Program-made: the position numbers and the translations under genes
The notes under the pieces: model-generated
Database searches by the model: none
Seen by the model: only the letters and a program-made list of their open reading frames with translations
Told to the model about the DNA's origin: nothing
Shown here: positions 48,707-62,645 of the stretch, piece after piece
How positions within the stretch are numbered: the stretch's first letter is position 1
Layout: the number at the start of each line of letters is the position of its first letter
Assembly: GCF_018350175.1 (NCBI RefSeq)
Contig: NC_058368.1
Coordinates: 193,070,001 to 193,134,000 of the forward strand
Source: Felis catus
Lineage: Eukaryota
Direction of reading: 5' to 3'
DNA length: 64,000 nucleotides

Positions 48707-50262
48707 TTGATCATGCCTCTTCTATTCTCCTCAGTCTTATTTCCCTCAGTCACCATGCTGCAGCTACATAGGCTTTATTTCTGTTCTTTGAACATACCAA
48801 GCTTTTTCTTCTTTCTCTACGGTGATTTCCTGGAAAGATTTATTTTGGCTGGCCGATTCTTGTCTCCAGATCCCTTCATAAATACTATTTCCTCAGAGAG
48901 CCTTTCTTGGCCATCCACAGTTGCCACATTTTATATGTCACGTCACCTTATTCTAATTCTCTGTATCACCTTCATCAGAATTTGGTGTATATATAAATAT
49001 TTTTTTCTTTCTGTGTTTAGTGCCTTTGTCTACAACTTGAATGTAAGTTCCAAGAATGCATAAATATTATTTATCTTGTTGATCATTCACTGCACTTCTA
49101 GTCTAGAGCCTAGAAAAATCCTTTTACAGAAGGACACCGATAATCCCTTATTGAATGAGTTAAGGGAAATGGGTGGATGAGTTTAATAGCTTCAGCACCA
49201 TGGAGAGCTCCCACTAAATGGGTTGGCTTCCCAAACTTCCCTGAAATGGATCTGATTTCTGACTTGTAATTAAAGGTCAGAGACTCTCTGGGAAGTTGAG
49301 ACCTTTAGGTGTCCTGATTGGCTGACAGATTTTTTTTTTTCCTGCTTGGTTCTGTCTTGTCACTTAGTGTAGAATCACATGAGATTTCCCTTATCAAGGC
49401 TGGCCAGGTGTCTTGGAGATACTACTTTAATCTAACTTTTTCTTCTCTATGTTTTATTCAAGGTAACTTTTCTTCAGGGAAGCTACTAGTTATTGAGTAT
49501 CTCCTATGTCCCAGGAATTGTGCTTGTTGTTAAGAATTTATAATTGAATAAACAGGACCCTTGCTCTTGAGGAGTTTGCTGTCACCTCAGGAAAGCATAT
49601 TATAGAAGAAAGATGAAAGAAAGGGCTATGGGATAGAGAGAATAGAATGCCTGGGTAATTATTTCTCTATAGAGAAACACTGAGTTTTGAAGAACTGACA
49701 AGAGTTTATAAGGCAGAACATACAGAAAGGACGTTCTAGAGAGAAAAGCATGAAAAGAGACTGGAAAGTATATGATGAATTCAGAAAGAGGGTGGCTGGA
49801 ATATGCATGGTGGTGAGAAGCAGAAGGAAACAAAGATGAAGTGGTAGGAAAAGGCCATATTATAAAAGATCTGAATATTACACAAATGATTTTGTAGTTT
49901 TTTCCTGTAATAGCAGATAGGCTTAGAAGGTGTTTTGAGTAGGAGAGAGATAATTTCAGATACTGCTTTCAGAATATCATTATGTTGTAAAGACTGGAGG
50001 GGATAATGGACTAAAAAGGACTTTTTAAGCAAAACCACCATCATATGCTAAGGGGTAGTTGTTGTCATTCTTATTGTAGTAAGTAAAACCATTCCTAGGA
50101 GCTATTTAGTGGCAATATTGATTTTGATCAGTTCACTTAATAAAGACTTCTTTATTTTTTTTAGACAAATGATGCAAGTTTGTAATAGAAATAAATACAG
50201 ATGAGCAATAAATCATCCCTAAACCCATCACTCAAAGATAACTATAGTTAGAAGTGTGTGAA

Positions 50263-50290
50263 GTGTGTGTGTGTGTGTGTGTGTGTGTGT
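50263..50290. repeat. (GT)n microsatellite
   Basis: Directly visible. Confidence 0.93.
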
Positions 50291-51164
50291 TTAGGGGAGC
50301 TATTTTTTTTGGGGGGGGAAGTTATTCTGCACATGTGTTTTATACATAATCTGTACATACGCTTTTTTGCTTCATAATATATCATGGACATAATTCATCA
50401 TATCAATAATTATAGGTCTACCTCACTATTTTAATGGCTTTTTACACTTCCAATGGGCTGATGTACTCTTAAAGTCTTTAATCAATTTCTCCCTATAAGA
50501 TGTATTCCACAAAACAAGTGGAATATGGGTAAAGGTCCATGGACTATAAACTTTGGGCAGGAGGAAAATTTAGAAGATTTTTCAAGGAGAGGATTAACGT
50601 GATTGGGTAGCAGCTCGGCACAAAATTTTAAACTCTGTAAGGCTTTTCTAAGAGCCGGTAGCCTGTTAGGCTTGAGATAGGGCTGGAGGGTGACCCTTGG
50701 GGTTTTCTCTGGATGCAGGAACTCAAATGGCTTAGTTATTCTTATCTGCCAGCTGCCATGGCAGGAACTTGGCATCTTAAGCTGAGCTGCAGTGACTCTG
50801 GCAAAGATGACCAGAGGCCAGGAGTTCTTCTGGGCCTTGGGTTTCCACATCCCCAGCTGTGAGCCTTTAGAGCAGAAGCTGCCAAACTTTCTGGACAAGT
50901 TCCTCTCTGTAAAATACTGTTGTGTACACACCTCAAATATATGCACATTTATTCTAAAGTTATACTTAACTGTTAACTGTACTAGATATTTGGTATGTTA
51001 TAAAATCTAAAGCAAATAGAAAACTTTAAAGCATGAGAATGGAAGTAAAACATTTTAAAATAAAAGCAAAATCTTTTTGCTCTCAGTTAAATATTAATAA
51101 AGCATGTAAAATAGTTACATATTATTAATATTTTAGGGAGATCAGTGTGGTTGATCATTATGCT

Positions 51165-51406
51165 ATTTTTTTAGAGAACATGTTTTTTTTCTGATTTTCC
51201 TATATTTTATTTTATTATTTTTTTAATTTTAGAGACAGAGAGAGTGCAAGTGGGGGAGAGAGGCAGAGGTGGAGAAAGAGAATCCCAAGCAGGCTTCACA
51301 CTCAGCACAGAGCCTGACTGAGGGCTCAATCCCATGATCCTGGGATCATGACCTGAACCAAAATCAAAAGTCTAACACTCAACAGATTGAGCAACCCAGG
51401 CACCCC
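51165..51406 (-). mobile_element. CanSINE (older subfamily)
   Basis: Antisense SINE ending CCCAGGCACCCC; probable TSD TCATTATGCT (51155-51164) / TCACTATGCT (51408-51417). Confidence 0.88.
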
Positions 51407-51667
51407 TTCACTATGCTTTTTTTTTAAATCTTTATTTAAGATTTTGATACTTATAAATTATTGTCCAAATTACATTTATTTTGACACGCAATTTTCGCTA
51501 TCAAAATAGAAAATACACTGCACAGAGATATACTGATCCACCAAAGGGTATAATTGGACGTACTTTGTAAATCATGGTGTTCATTTTAACATTCTATCCA
51601 CTACTTCATGTAAAGGTTTTCACTGAAATTTAGCTAGTAAATTTCTATCTTTTAAAAAGTGGGTTAA

Positions 51668-51890
51668 GGGGCACCTGGGTGGCTCAGTCGGTTAAGTGTC
51701 TGACTTTGGCTCAGGTCAGGATATCGCGGTCTGTGAGTTTGAGCCCCACATCGGACTCTGGTGCTGACAGCTCACAGTCTGAAGCTTGCTTCGGATTCTG
51801 TGTCTCCCTCTCTCTCTGCCTCTCCTCTGCTCATGCTCTTGTCTCTCTCTCTCTCTCTCAAAAATAAACAAACATTTAAAAAATTAATTA
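51668..51890 (+). mobile_element. CanSINE
   Basis: GGGGCACCTGGGTGGCTCAGTCGGTTAAG head, (CT)n tract and tail. Confidence 0.94.
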
Positions 51891-51935
51891 AACCTGGATT
51901 AAAACCACTGAAATTATTCATTTGGAGGACTTTTA

Positions 51936-52157
51936 TTTTTTTTTAATTTTTTTTTCAACGTTTATTTATTTTTGGGACAGAGAGAGACAGAGCATGAACA
52001 GGGGAGGGGCAGAGAGAGAGGGAGACACAGAATCGGAAACAGGCTCCAGGCTCCGAGCCATCAGCCCAGAGCCTGACGCGGGGCTCGAACTCACAGACCG
52101 CGAGATCGTGACCTGGCAGAAGTCGGATGCTTAACCAACTGTGCCACCAGGCGCCCC
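51936..52157 (-). mobile_element. Young felid CanSINE (SINEC_Fc-like)
   Basis: TSD GGAGGACTTTTA (51924-51935 / 52159-52170). Confidence 0.96.
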
Positions 52158-55100
52158 GGGAGGACTTTTAAATAGGTTAAGAAACCAAGTTTTTATTCAA
52201 GACACAATTGAGGCAATATTAAATGGGGCAACATTTCCAACATCAGTTTTCAAAATGCTGTCTCCAGCATTTTGGAGACATGCATCAGAAAGAGTTATTT
52301 TCTTTTTACACCAAATTTGGAAGATTCTATTTTTTTTTTTTTTATAAAAAATGAGTAGCTTAACTTTAATTTCGTTCTTTTTTCTTTTTTTTCTTTCTTT
52401 CTTTCTTTTTTTTTTTTTTTTTTTTTTTTGCTTAACTTTAATTTCAACAACTGTTCAGTATTTTCCTGTAAAATAATCAACTAATCTCAGTGGGGTACTA
52501 ATGATTTTCATGATTATGTCCTACCTCATTACAGAGTAGTATAAATACTCCACTATTCAGCAGTCTTATTTCTTTTATCAGTTTACAGCTTTAGTGACAT
52601 CCTGGAGCCTATAAATTTCAGTATATTGTAATACTCAAAACCCAAGCAAACAAGAGAAGACCCATTTTTGACTCTTCTGAGCTCTGTAACTCCATTCTTT
52701 CAGAACCCATTGGAGTCCTCACCTCAAATGGAGGGAACCAGTGCTGGCCTGCATATTATGTAGTAGTAAGGCTAAATTTCTCTATTTCAGTATAAAAATT
52801 AATATAAGAGAAGTCCAGAATTACTGTACTCCAATCCTGCATGCCTCTTGAGGTTCCTAGTCACTATCAGTCCCTTCTTTTCTCTGGAATATTGTTTCCC
52901 ATCTTTAAAATGGCAGGGGGAGGGGTGTTGTTGGGAGGGAAATGGATAAAATTATATGTTTGAGACTTTTTTTACTCTGAAATTCTAAGATTCAGTTTCT
53001 CAACATAATAGGGTTCAACTAGCAGAAACCTGTAGGGTTAGGATGCTGGTGGATGAGTTTTACTGAAGGAGTGGGTTTAACAGAAGTACCACTGAATGTA
53101 GATATGCTGTGATAGGTAGTCCCAGGTGGTAAAGGATGTGACTAGGCAGCAGAGATAAGGAAGTGAGGAAAAGATGATTCTGGAGACACTGCTTTTGGTT
53201 CTTACCTTGGACAGGTTCTTTTTGACTTCCTGAACCTCAGTTTCTTCATGGTAAAATGGAGTGGGGAAGGGGAGTTGGTTATATTTCAGGTCTCTTTGAG
53301 CTGTAAATGTCCCCAAGACTGTGGGGTCCTTGGAGGAATAGAGAATTCCTACAAAACAGGTGTGCCTCACCCTGAAGCCCAGGGTCACCTTTTCAGTGCT
53401 GGCAAAGGTGGCCTTTGTCAGGACTGTAGCTTCTGGGGCCTGGGGACTTTTCCACAGTGGTAGCATGACAAAGCCACCAGTAGGGCTGCCTCTGGGCTCA
53501 GAATGCCCCAGCTCTGCCACTTAGTACCTGTGTGACTTTGGGCAAGGTTTCGAGTCTATCTGCCTCTCATTTTCATCATTTGTAAAACAGTGGTGATAAT
53601 AAGACTTACCTCCTGGGTTGCTGGGGAGATTAAAGCTAAATTAAATAATACAAAGTAGAGAGGTTAACACAGTGCCCAGCATATACTACATCCATAGTAA
53701 GCAGCTGTAATTATTCCTGTATTTCTTATTATGCTTCTCTCCTCTCACCTGGAGGAAACTTGCAAACTTTTTTGATCAAACCTCAAACTCGGCCCACCAA
53801 ACAAAACAATAAGAACAAACTAAATTTGCAGAAATAGAAAAGTCTTTCTTCCCACTGGGTCTGTTCTGAGGCCCCACGAATGATAAACTTTTCTAGTTTT
53901 TTTACAGTACTCGTTAAATATTCTTTCTTCCTTCATCCCTGCAAATGCCACCTGTTTGCCCTGAACAAATCTCAATGCCAAATACAACAAAGTCTTTTCT
54001 TTTTCTTTCTTTTCTTCTTTTAAAGAACAGCTTGAAGCTTGGTCGGAGCAGAAATATTTCTCTGTTAGAGCTTAAAATTTGCAAGTGTAAATCTCTTCCA
54101 CAGCCAGGTGCATGGGTCCAAAAAGATAAGGGTGTTAAGAGGTGCATTTCCATGTTCAAAATATCCTCAGATTAATTTGAAGGCACTTGTTAATAGCATA
54201 CTATTTCTCTACTTGTGGGCACGTTATTATTGCTCTTGCCAACTTGGTGTCTTACAATCAAACTCTTGATTAAAAAATGGAAGAAGGAATTAAATTTACC
54301 ACTTCTAAGTTGTCCCCAAATAAATAAGCATTGGAAATACTTTTGGTTGCCTTTTTTGGAAGATGGAAGGCTTTCCAAGAAAGAAGACAGGAGTAGAGGG
54401 CTCCAAGCCAGGAGGTTGCCCTGCAGTGAGTGCAGTCACATTGCCACAGCAGGGGGAGGGGGTGGTTACTGAGATGGAGTAGGTGCCCCAGTCACCAACC
54501 TGGGGGAGTTGGCAAGAAGACTACCCAAAATACTCCCTGAAAACATGTCAAAATAGCCCTTCATAAGTTTTGATGGACCTACTGGATTTTGTGTTTCCAA
54601 ATAGCACACGTGCATCCTTAGGAGTATATGGTGCTGAGCCCAAGAGGCATGTGAGGTTGCAGAATAAACATGGCATGTTCTGTAGTACCAGTTGGTCTTG
54701 ACACCTCCTCTTCTCTTAAAGATTAAAATTACCAGAATATAATTTGGAAGCTGTTTAGCAAAATGTACAGTTAGGAAAACAGACCTTGTGGTTAATCTCC
54801 ATTTCACTATGTGTGGAAGAGGGGTAATAACACCTATTTCCTAGGATGGTAATGGAGACTAAATGTAATTAAGTCTCACTCTTAGCACAATGCTTGATAC
54901 CTGTAAGTGCTCAGTATGTGGTAACTATTAAGTTCTTGGTAAAAAGCAGAGTTAATTTGGTTGCAAGCAACAACATTCAACTCAGTTGAGTTTGACAAAG
55001 AGAGGTTTATTGAAGAATAGAGCAGGTAATCTCAAGGCAACCAAAGATGGGAAATATAATCCAGCTGGTTTTGTAGGGCTGATGTAGTAAATCTAAAACC

Positions 55101-58100
55101 AGTGACCCTTTAATTGTGCTTTTCTATATATCTTTATTCCATTTGTCTCCATATGAAATACTTTGTTGGAAAAATTTGAGAAAGTTTGACTGAATGTATT
55201 CCTAATGTTGTAGAGACAAAAGGAGAAAAAGGATGAAGTCAGAGCAGAACTTCAGATATCATCTGGTCTGTGGATGGCCACAGGCATAGCACAGGAATTA
55301 CTTCTTTCTCCTCTAATGGCCATGGCAGACATCACCAATCAATCAGTCTTTGATGCTGAGTTCAGAGTGGACTTCATAATCCTTTTTAGCACAGCCACTA
55401 GCAAAGGAATGGAGGAAGTTCATGGAAGAAAACTAATCTGCCATTCTAAATCCAACTGCTTTGTTGTAGATGAAGAATGAAGGTTTAGAGGGGGAAGTGA
55501 CTAGCCCAAGGTCACACTGTTGAGCTTGAATTAGAACCACACATTCTTTGTTTGGGGCCAAACCACAAGAGAATCAGAGTGCAATGAAGAGCTAAGCCAG
55601 TGGGCACTGGAAAACTCTGGGAAGGCTTTCTGGTAGGGATTGGAACTATCTGAACCTGAGAGCATTTGCAGGGCAAAGTAAAAGAGCAGCATTTGTAATA
55701 ATGTACAGGTTTTCAAAGTTGGGAGAGGACTGGGAGACCCGGTCTTTGAGGCAAAATTCTTCCATACACTGCCCTCCTGTCTTGGTTGTTGCCATAGGAA
55801 TCATTACCATCATACTTGTCTCTGCTTAAAGGCAAGGAATACAGTCTAATGCAGTGGTCTATTGTCCTGCTGGCAACTAGCTTGCTTTCTTATCATCGAG
55901 TAGACTAACGATGTCGACCTTGCACAGGAGACTGATCGGTGCATTTAAAAAAATGTTTTTCATTTTTTTAAGCACCATTTTTGCTACGAGCAGATACAAC
56001 ACCAAGAAGAAGGTAGAGTTCCTTCTGTTTTGGTGGACCACTTCAGAAAGACGCACACATACCTCTCTTCTCTTTTCAATTGGGACCCAAGGCTATGTGT
56101 TTTGTTTGCCTGTGATCTCCACTTCTAAACGGCTGAATATTTTAGAAATTCTTCACTATATTGCAGGTCTTCAGGCAGAGCCTGGTAACTGGGATTTTCA
56201 GAGACAATTTCTGCTCTGGGTTGGACACGTGGATGAGATTTCTGAGAGATGCTTTGGAGTAAGGCCCAGCTGAATTTCAATACTTGCCAGCTGTGTAACC
56301 TCAGGCAGGTTACTTAACCACTCTATTCCTCCATTTCTTCTTCTATACACTGTGAATAATACAAGCCCAGGTCTTACAGTGTTGCTCAAAAGCTCTGTGG
56401 AACAATATATGGAATACTCAGCAAAATGTTCCCATAAATGACAGCTATTAGATTTTTTATAATTAATTTGTAACTAGAATGTTCTCTTGGTTCTCTAGGA
56501 TTCTGTGATTTGCTGCAATAACATGCTTCAATCTCATTTAAGGATTCCTGCAAAGGGGCAATGCTAAGTATTTTTCACTTTTAACAAGACATTCTTCATT
56601 CCCAAAAGGTAGAGGTGGCATTTGAACAGGAAGGAAGGAATCTGAAAACATGATGTCAGAGCTGGAAGGACACTTAAACACTTTGAGGCCAGACAGTTCT
56701 AATCCATCTTCTCACTTCTACAGATATATAGACCCAAGCCCAGAGAGACTAAGTGACTTGCCCAAAGTCACACAGCAAGTTTGTTACAGAGGAAAATAAA
56801 TGAAGCAGGTGAGAAGTCAAGGGCTGCCTATGCTGGACAATCTGATGTCTTTTGTTTGTTTGTTGTATTGCCTATTGATTAGTTCAGACCTTGGTGGGAG
56901 GAGGGAGTATAAGAGAGACTTGAATTCATACCCAGCCTCTGCCAATAGGTGGCTACATGACCTTGTAGCTATCTCTGAGCTTTTCTTCTCTCATTGGCAA
57001 AGATAGAATAATTCATCCTTATTTATCATTATAAGAGCCTCATAAGGCTGTGGGTGAATGAAATGAGGTAATGCAAGTGAGATGGCTCAGGACAGTGTCT
57101 GATCCTTAGTAAGCACTCAGAAAACATCAGTGATGATAATGATGATGATGCTGATAGAATTCAGAAAATTAGATCTGAGTGGATCAAAAGAAACCCAGGG
57201 CGTGGATGCATGAGGAAGTCACCATTGTCAGCCCCTCTTACTTCGGTCTGTGGTGTGGTGTTCCTTGGGCATATGTTTGGCAGAGGGTACTATGTGTGTC
57301 TTCTGTGTGGCATACTACCCCCTCTCCAGCTGGGGTTGAAGAAAGAGAGAAGACTGGAGACGGGGCTGGGTGGCCAAACTTCTGACTCTGTAAAACTGCA
57401 GCCAGCAGGCTAGAGAACAGTGGCGTGCTGGGAGGATGCGATGGGTTGTAGGAGGAGACATCCTGGATTAAGGAGGTGTTAAAAACAAACAAACAAACAA
57501 ACAAACACCTGGTTCTTAATCCACCTGATTTTCACTTGGGCTGGTGTGTCTCTTCCTTGAGTTTCTGTTTGCTCTTCTGTGAAAAGGGTGTTCTTGTGAT
57601 TCATTTGTGCACTGCTGACCGGGTCCTGTTCCGTGTTGGGCACTGAACTAGGTGTGCAGCCACAGCAGACATCCTGGTTCTCCTTCGGTGTCTGGCAGAA
57701 CAGTCCCTTTTGTGCTTACCACGTGGGGACGCTGTGAGGACCAGATGCTCACAGAAATAGAAGGGATTAGCAATTTAAATTATAATTACAAACTTAATTA
57801 CAAATTCAAATTGCGTTCTAAAAGGAACAACAACAACAACAACAATAAAAAGATTATTCTGGCATATAATGGACACCTCACAAATCCTTATTAAATAGAT
57901 GAGAGTATGTGAAAGGACCAAGGGCTGAATGTGTGAAAAGTACTTAAGAACAACTCTAATTACCCTTTTTTTCTGGAAGAATCAAGATGGCGCCCCTGTG
58001 GAGAGAGTAGCAGTGAGGTAGGAAAGAGGTTACAGATGCCATTAGAGAAAGTGGCAAGATGTCCAAGATAGATTTCACCTTCCTCACCTGCTTGTTCAGG

Positions 58101-58547
58101 GCCATGTCAGCCCCAGTGACGTACATATTATTTTCCAATTTCACAGCCCATCATTTTTCCCTTTTTCTTTTCTTTTCTGACTTTCCATTCTTTCATGTTC
58201 AGTAAAACCCTCTGGCACTTGCTCTCATGGGAACATTGGCTGTTACTCAAACCTTTCGTCCCTTCAGGGAAACAAAAGCAAATCAATATATGATATTAAA
58301 CAACCTGGAAGACCCTAGCGATTTAACACTTCCCATAAATGTCAGCCAGCCCTGCAGCTATGGATGGTCTCTCTCTTCACATCTGTCATTTCCTCTCTTC
58401 TCTCAGCTGTCCCTTGATGTCTCCCTTGGAGTGGCTTGGAGAGACAAGGAAAAAATAAGCTTGGCAGAAATACTAAGAGGTAGAGCAGTCCCTGCAGCTG
58501 AAGGTAATCAAAGGGAAGCTTGATGACCTTCCTGTGTGGGATAGTGT

Positions 58548-59020
58548 GTCATTCAGGATTCTTTCCATTCTAAGTGGCAGAAAATTCATCTCAAGTAACT
58601 AAAAAAGAAAATTTAAGGTTTAGGGAATTTAAAGTTCAGGAATAAGGATGGCTTCAGGGACAGTCGGATACTGGGGCTAAATAATGTCATTGGGAACCAA
58701 TTTATTTCTTTTCATCTCTTGGCTCCGTTTTCTGTTGCTTAAGCTTGCATTCAAGCTCCCAGCAATGGGCAGTTTCTTTCATTCACTCTGTCCATGGCTG
58801 AACCCGTCACTGTGTTCAGGGCAGATAGGCTGGTCTGATTGGCTTAGGATATGGGTTCTATGATCCCCACGTGGAGTTAGGGAGTTAGGGAGTTAGGGGT
58901 GGAACTCTCTCTAAAGCCTATTGGCAGAGAGTGGTGGAGAATGTGGTTTTCAGAGGGGAAACTGGGGTACACCTCTCTGGAAAATGGGGAACTGATAGAG
59001 GACATCACACATTACAGATG
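58548..59020 (-). mobile_element. Ancient MLT1 (K-like) relic
   Basis: GTCATTCAGGATTCTTT..AAGTGGCAGAAAA..GGCTTCAGGGACAG..TCTGATTGGCTTAGG. Confidence 0.55.
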
Positions 59021-60244
59021 ACTATGACCTGTTACTTTCTAGGGCGTGTGTTCAGGCAGATCACCTAATTACATTCAGGTTATGTTGTGTATATGACTCA
59101 GGATTGTAAACCCCTCCTTGGTGATATTTGTCATTGATAAAAGTCAGGACTATTCTTTTAGAACCTGGTGATCAAGTGGAAGCTCAGAGAGGGGGAAAGG
59201 ATGTTCAAGCTCACTCAGTATGTGAATGGCAGAACTGGAGTGAGAAGAAAGCCCCCTGGGCTCTTCTCACCTCTCCCTCATGCCTTTGTTTCCCATTGCC
59301 CTAGTCTGCTTCTGGAAGAGCTGTCTCCTGGTTGAGTCCTGACTTAAAGGGGGGGACACTTTCTTTGTGGAGTGGGTGATTAATGGTAACACTGGAGAGT
59401 GTGGCCAGCATTGGGATCAATTGCACATTTCAACACCTGCTGCTTGAAAGCCAGGGGAGGTGATGAAAGTAAGAATGTGGAGAGAGAAGTGGCATTGTTT
59501 TGAGGAAAGGGGCACAGGTAATTCTTTTCTCCTTCTTATTTGTTCACTTCCTCTGTCTATCCTGCTCATGGACAGTCTTATGGAATGTAGAAAGAGACAG
59601 TATAGGGCAGAGAAATGAGCATTAGCTTGGAGTCCAGAGACATGAGTGCTCATCCCTAACCTGCTCTGTGACTTTAGGCAACTCCAGCCCCATCTCTGGG
59701 CCTTGTTTCCCCATTTGGGTAAAATAAGGCAGTTGGACAACAGAGATAATCCATGACTGAATGTTCTTCTATTCCATTTGGAATACTCACCTATGTAGTA
59801 TGGCCTTTTATGCTTTGTCACTGTGGTACCCCCCAGAATTTGATGCCCAGGGCCTGGAGAGCACAACTTCAGGAGCACTACCTTCCCTTGGAGGTATGTA
59901 GTATGGCAGCCTCTGAGTCCCTGGCACTTAGTAAATACTCAGTAAACATTTGTAGAATGACTGAATATAATTTGAGCAGAGGCCTAGAGGAACCCAAGGA
60001 GAGTCATTCCCATTATAAGCTTTCCTTTTAAGGTCTTGAAAACTCTTCCTATTTAGAGCTTCTTTTAAAATGCAAACCATCTCTGGATTGTTTGCACTTG
60101 AAGCTCTAAATAAATAGCATCTTTTGATTAAAAGAAAGGAAGGAACTCAGGGGCTTGAGGGTGGGGACAGTGGAGAAATGACTAAGTAGAGGATTCTCAA
60201 GGCAACAAGGCCAGGTAAGGTGTGGAAGTTGGGTCCCTGCACAG

Positions 60245-61130
60245 TTTAAAAAATTGTGAAGTCTTTCAAGCATTCAAAATGAACTGACATTATAATGAAC
60301 ACCCATATATGTACCACTAAGTTTTGGAAATAAAATATTTCAAATTTTTTTTAACATTTATTTATTTTTGAGAGGCAGAGAGAGACACAGTGTAGTGGGG
60401 GAGGGGCAGAGAGAGAGGGAGACACAGAATCGGAAGCAGGCTCCAGGCTCTGAGCTGTCAGCGCAGAGCCTGATGTGGGGCTTGAACCCACAAACCTTGT
60501 GATCATGACCTGAACCAAAGTCAGATGCTTAACAGACTGAGCCACCCAGGTGAGTCAGAAATAAAATATTTCAAATAGATCATAAGTTTCTTATGTTGGC
60601 CTTTCCCATTCTCCTCCATTCCCAGATGAAACCATGATCATGACTGGTATTTAATAGTCCCATAATGGTTTTTATATTCTCCATGTATATATGTGTATAT
60701 TAGCAACATGTAAATGTTTGCTTATTGTATAACTTTATAGAAATGGACCACATGGTATACATCATTCTGCAGTGTGCCTTTTCCTTTTCATATTGTTTTG
60801 ATGTTTATCAATTGGAAACATGTAGTTCTAGTTAATTCACTTTAAGTGCTGTATAGTAATCCCTTGAATGGCAATAATATGCAGTCTAGTTTTTCACTCT
60901 CCTGTTAATGGATCTTTAAGTTGCTTCTACATTTTTGCTATAACCAACACTTTGTGATGAACCTCCATGTAAGTACCTCCTTGTTATGTGTGCATGAGTT
61001 TTTCTGGGGCATATGCATAGGAACAGGATTTCCACGCCATGCTATAGTCACATCTCCAACATTATTAAATTTTGAGACAAGTCTCCAAAAGCTTAGTACC
61101 AATTTGTACCCTTCCACCCCCTCCTTCAAG
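60245..61130 (-). mobile_element. Old L1M fragment containing a SINE
   Basis: TATAATGAACACCCATAT..TAGTTCTAGTTAATTCAC..CTCCTGTTAATGGA..AGTACCAATTTGTAC. Confidence 0.65.
60346..60557 (-). mobile_element. CanSINE
   Basis: Perfect 19-bp TSD GAAATAAAATATTTCAAAT (60327-60345 / 60558-60576). Confidence 0.96.
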
Positions 61131-62123
61131 CAGTGTGAGACAACTCAGTCCTGAGTGATGCTGACCAGTCTTATGAAACACTAGTCAGTCCCATTTTTAT
61201 GCCATGACAAAGACCTACACACTTATGCAAACACCAACCATCCTCCTGACATGGACCCCTTCCTCTTAGAGGCAGGGAGGTGAAAGGAACAGTCTTTGGG
61301 TTTGTTTTTTTTTTAATTTGAGTTAGACACAAATAGAGATTTTTTGGGAGCAAGTATGATATAGACTTTGAAATTTGATGGATTGGAACCCCAGCACTGC
61401 TGTTTACTAGTTGTGTGTCTTTACACACATAGTTGGTCTCTCTTATTTCAGTTTTTCCCTCTGTCAAATGGGGATGGTAATAGTACTGACCTCATGAATT
61501 ATTTGAAGGATCAGATGAACTAATAATACTTCTAACACTTAGCATTGTGTGTGGACTGGTCCATAGTAAATGGTCAATACTTAGTAGCTATTAGCATTGT
61601 TACCAGTCACATTGCTTAGTCATTATTGTTTTCTTCATCCTTTAGAGCTCCTTTCTTAGCCAGGAAGCTCACATTTTAAAACAAACAGACAAACAAACAA
61701 ACATTTTGTACTGAACAAACTAAATGAATTAAGCAGCATTTGACTCTTCATTTCATTTTTAGCTCTGAAAACCATACGTGACTGCTAACCGCAGCTTCTG
61801 ACTAGCAGAAGGAAACAGTGTTGACCCACTAGGTTGTATAAATACAGCCTCAAACAAGGAAACTTGGTTTTTAGTTGGCTAGTGTGGCCTCATCACATGT
61901 ACGTGTGCGGTTTCCCCCAGCTTTTTAGAAATCTCTTACCAATGACTACTCATGATGACTTCTAGGTTATGGCTTTTGATCTAGTCCTACCTCAGTGTTT
62001 CATTGATGGGAAAACAGATGCCCAAAGAAGAGAAACTTCTAATTCTTCCTCCATGGGGACATGGTCACTCACTTAGGGGTCAAGCCTTGTCTTGGTTCAT
62101 ACATATGACTAATCGGTAGAGGG

Positions 62124-62645
62124 TATCTGGTTATCTATTGCTGCATAAAAAAAACTTCCCCAAAGTTCAGTAGCTTAAAACAACAATTTATCCTGTCTCA
62201 CGTTTTTGTTGAAGGGGCTCAGTTGGGTGGTTCTCACATGGAGCTTCTCCTGTAGTTGCAGTTAGATGGAGGCTGGGGCTGCAAGCATCAGAAGGCTGGA
62301 ATAGACTGGAGATCTAAGATGACTCCCTCATAGGGTCGGCAGTCTGGGCTGGCTGTCAACCGGAGTGTCTGTGCATGGTTTCTTCATGTGGCTTGGATGT
62401 CTCACAGCACGTGGCAAGGTTCTGGGAGGGATCATCTCAAGAGTGGGTGTTCTAAGAGGAAGGAAGCAGAAACTGCCAGGCCAGGTTATGGTTGGGCCCT
62501 CTTCACTTCTGCTATCTTCTACTGGTCTAGGAGATCAAGTAGGCTCTACTTGTTGTTGAGAGGGCACCAGAATCATATTGCAGAAGAGAGTGTGGGATGG
62601 GGGATGTTGTGGTTATCTTTGGGAAGGGGTAAAAACTCTGCCCCA
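62124..62645 (-). mobile_element. MLT1 (H/I-like) LTR relic
   Basis: GTTATCTATTGCTGCATAA..CCCCAAAGTTCAGTAGCTTAAAACAAC..GTTGCAGTTAGATGGAGGCTGGGGCTGCA. Confidence 0.75.

Noticed and set aside
57983..57992. YY1-like motif CAAGATGGCG
   Set aside because: Isolated motif with no CpG island or other promoter context.
58873..58899. (GGAGTTAG)3 containing TTAGGG, telomere-like
   Set aside because: An 8-nt period with only three copies inside an LTR relic; simple slippage, not an interstitial telomere.
59791..59853. Minus-strand 63-nt exon-like piece encoding QILGGTTVTKHKRPY, resembling a granzyme/PRSS57-type N-terminus (IIGGxxVTPHSRPY)
   Set aside because: The plus strand reads as a degenerate L2 3' end (TTTGTCACTGTGGTACCCCCCAG..GCCTGG), it abuts a MIR, and I found no His/Asp/Ser catalytic-motif exons nearby. 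Most likely chance; a BLASTx would settle it.
5122..60557. tRNA-like A/B boxes at many positions
   Set aside because: All are CanSINE heads, not tRNA genes.
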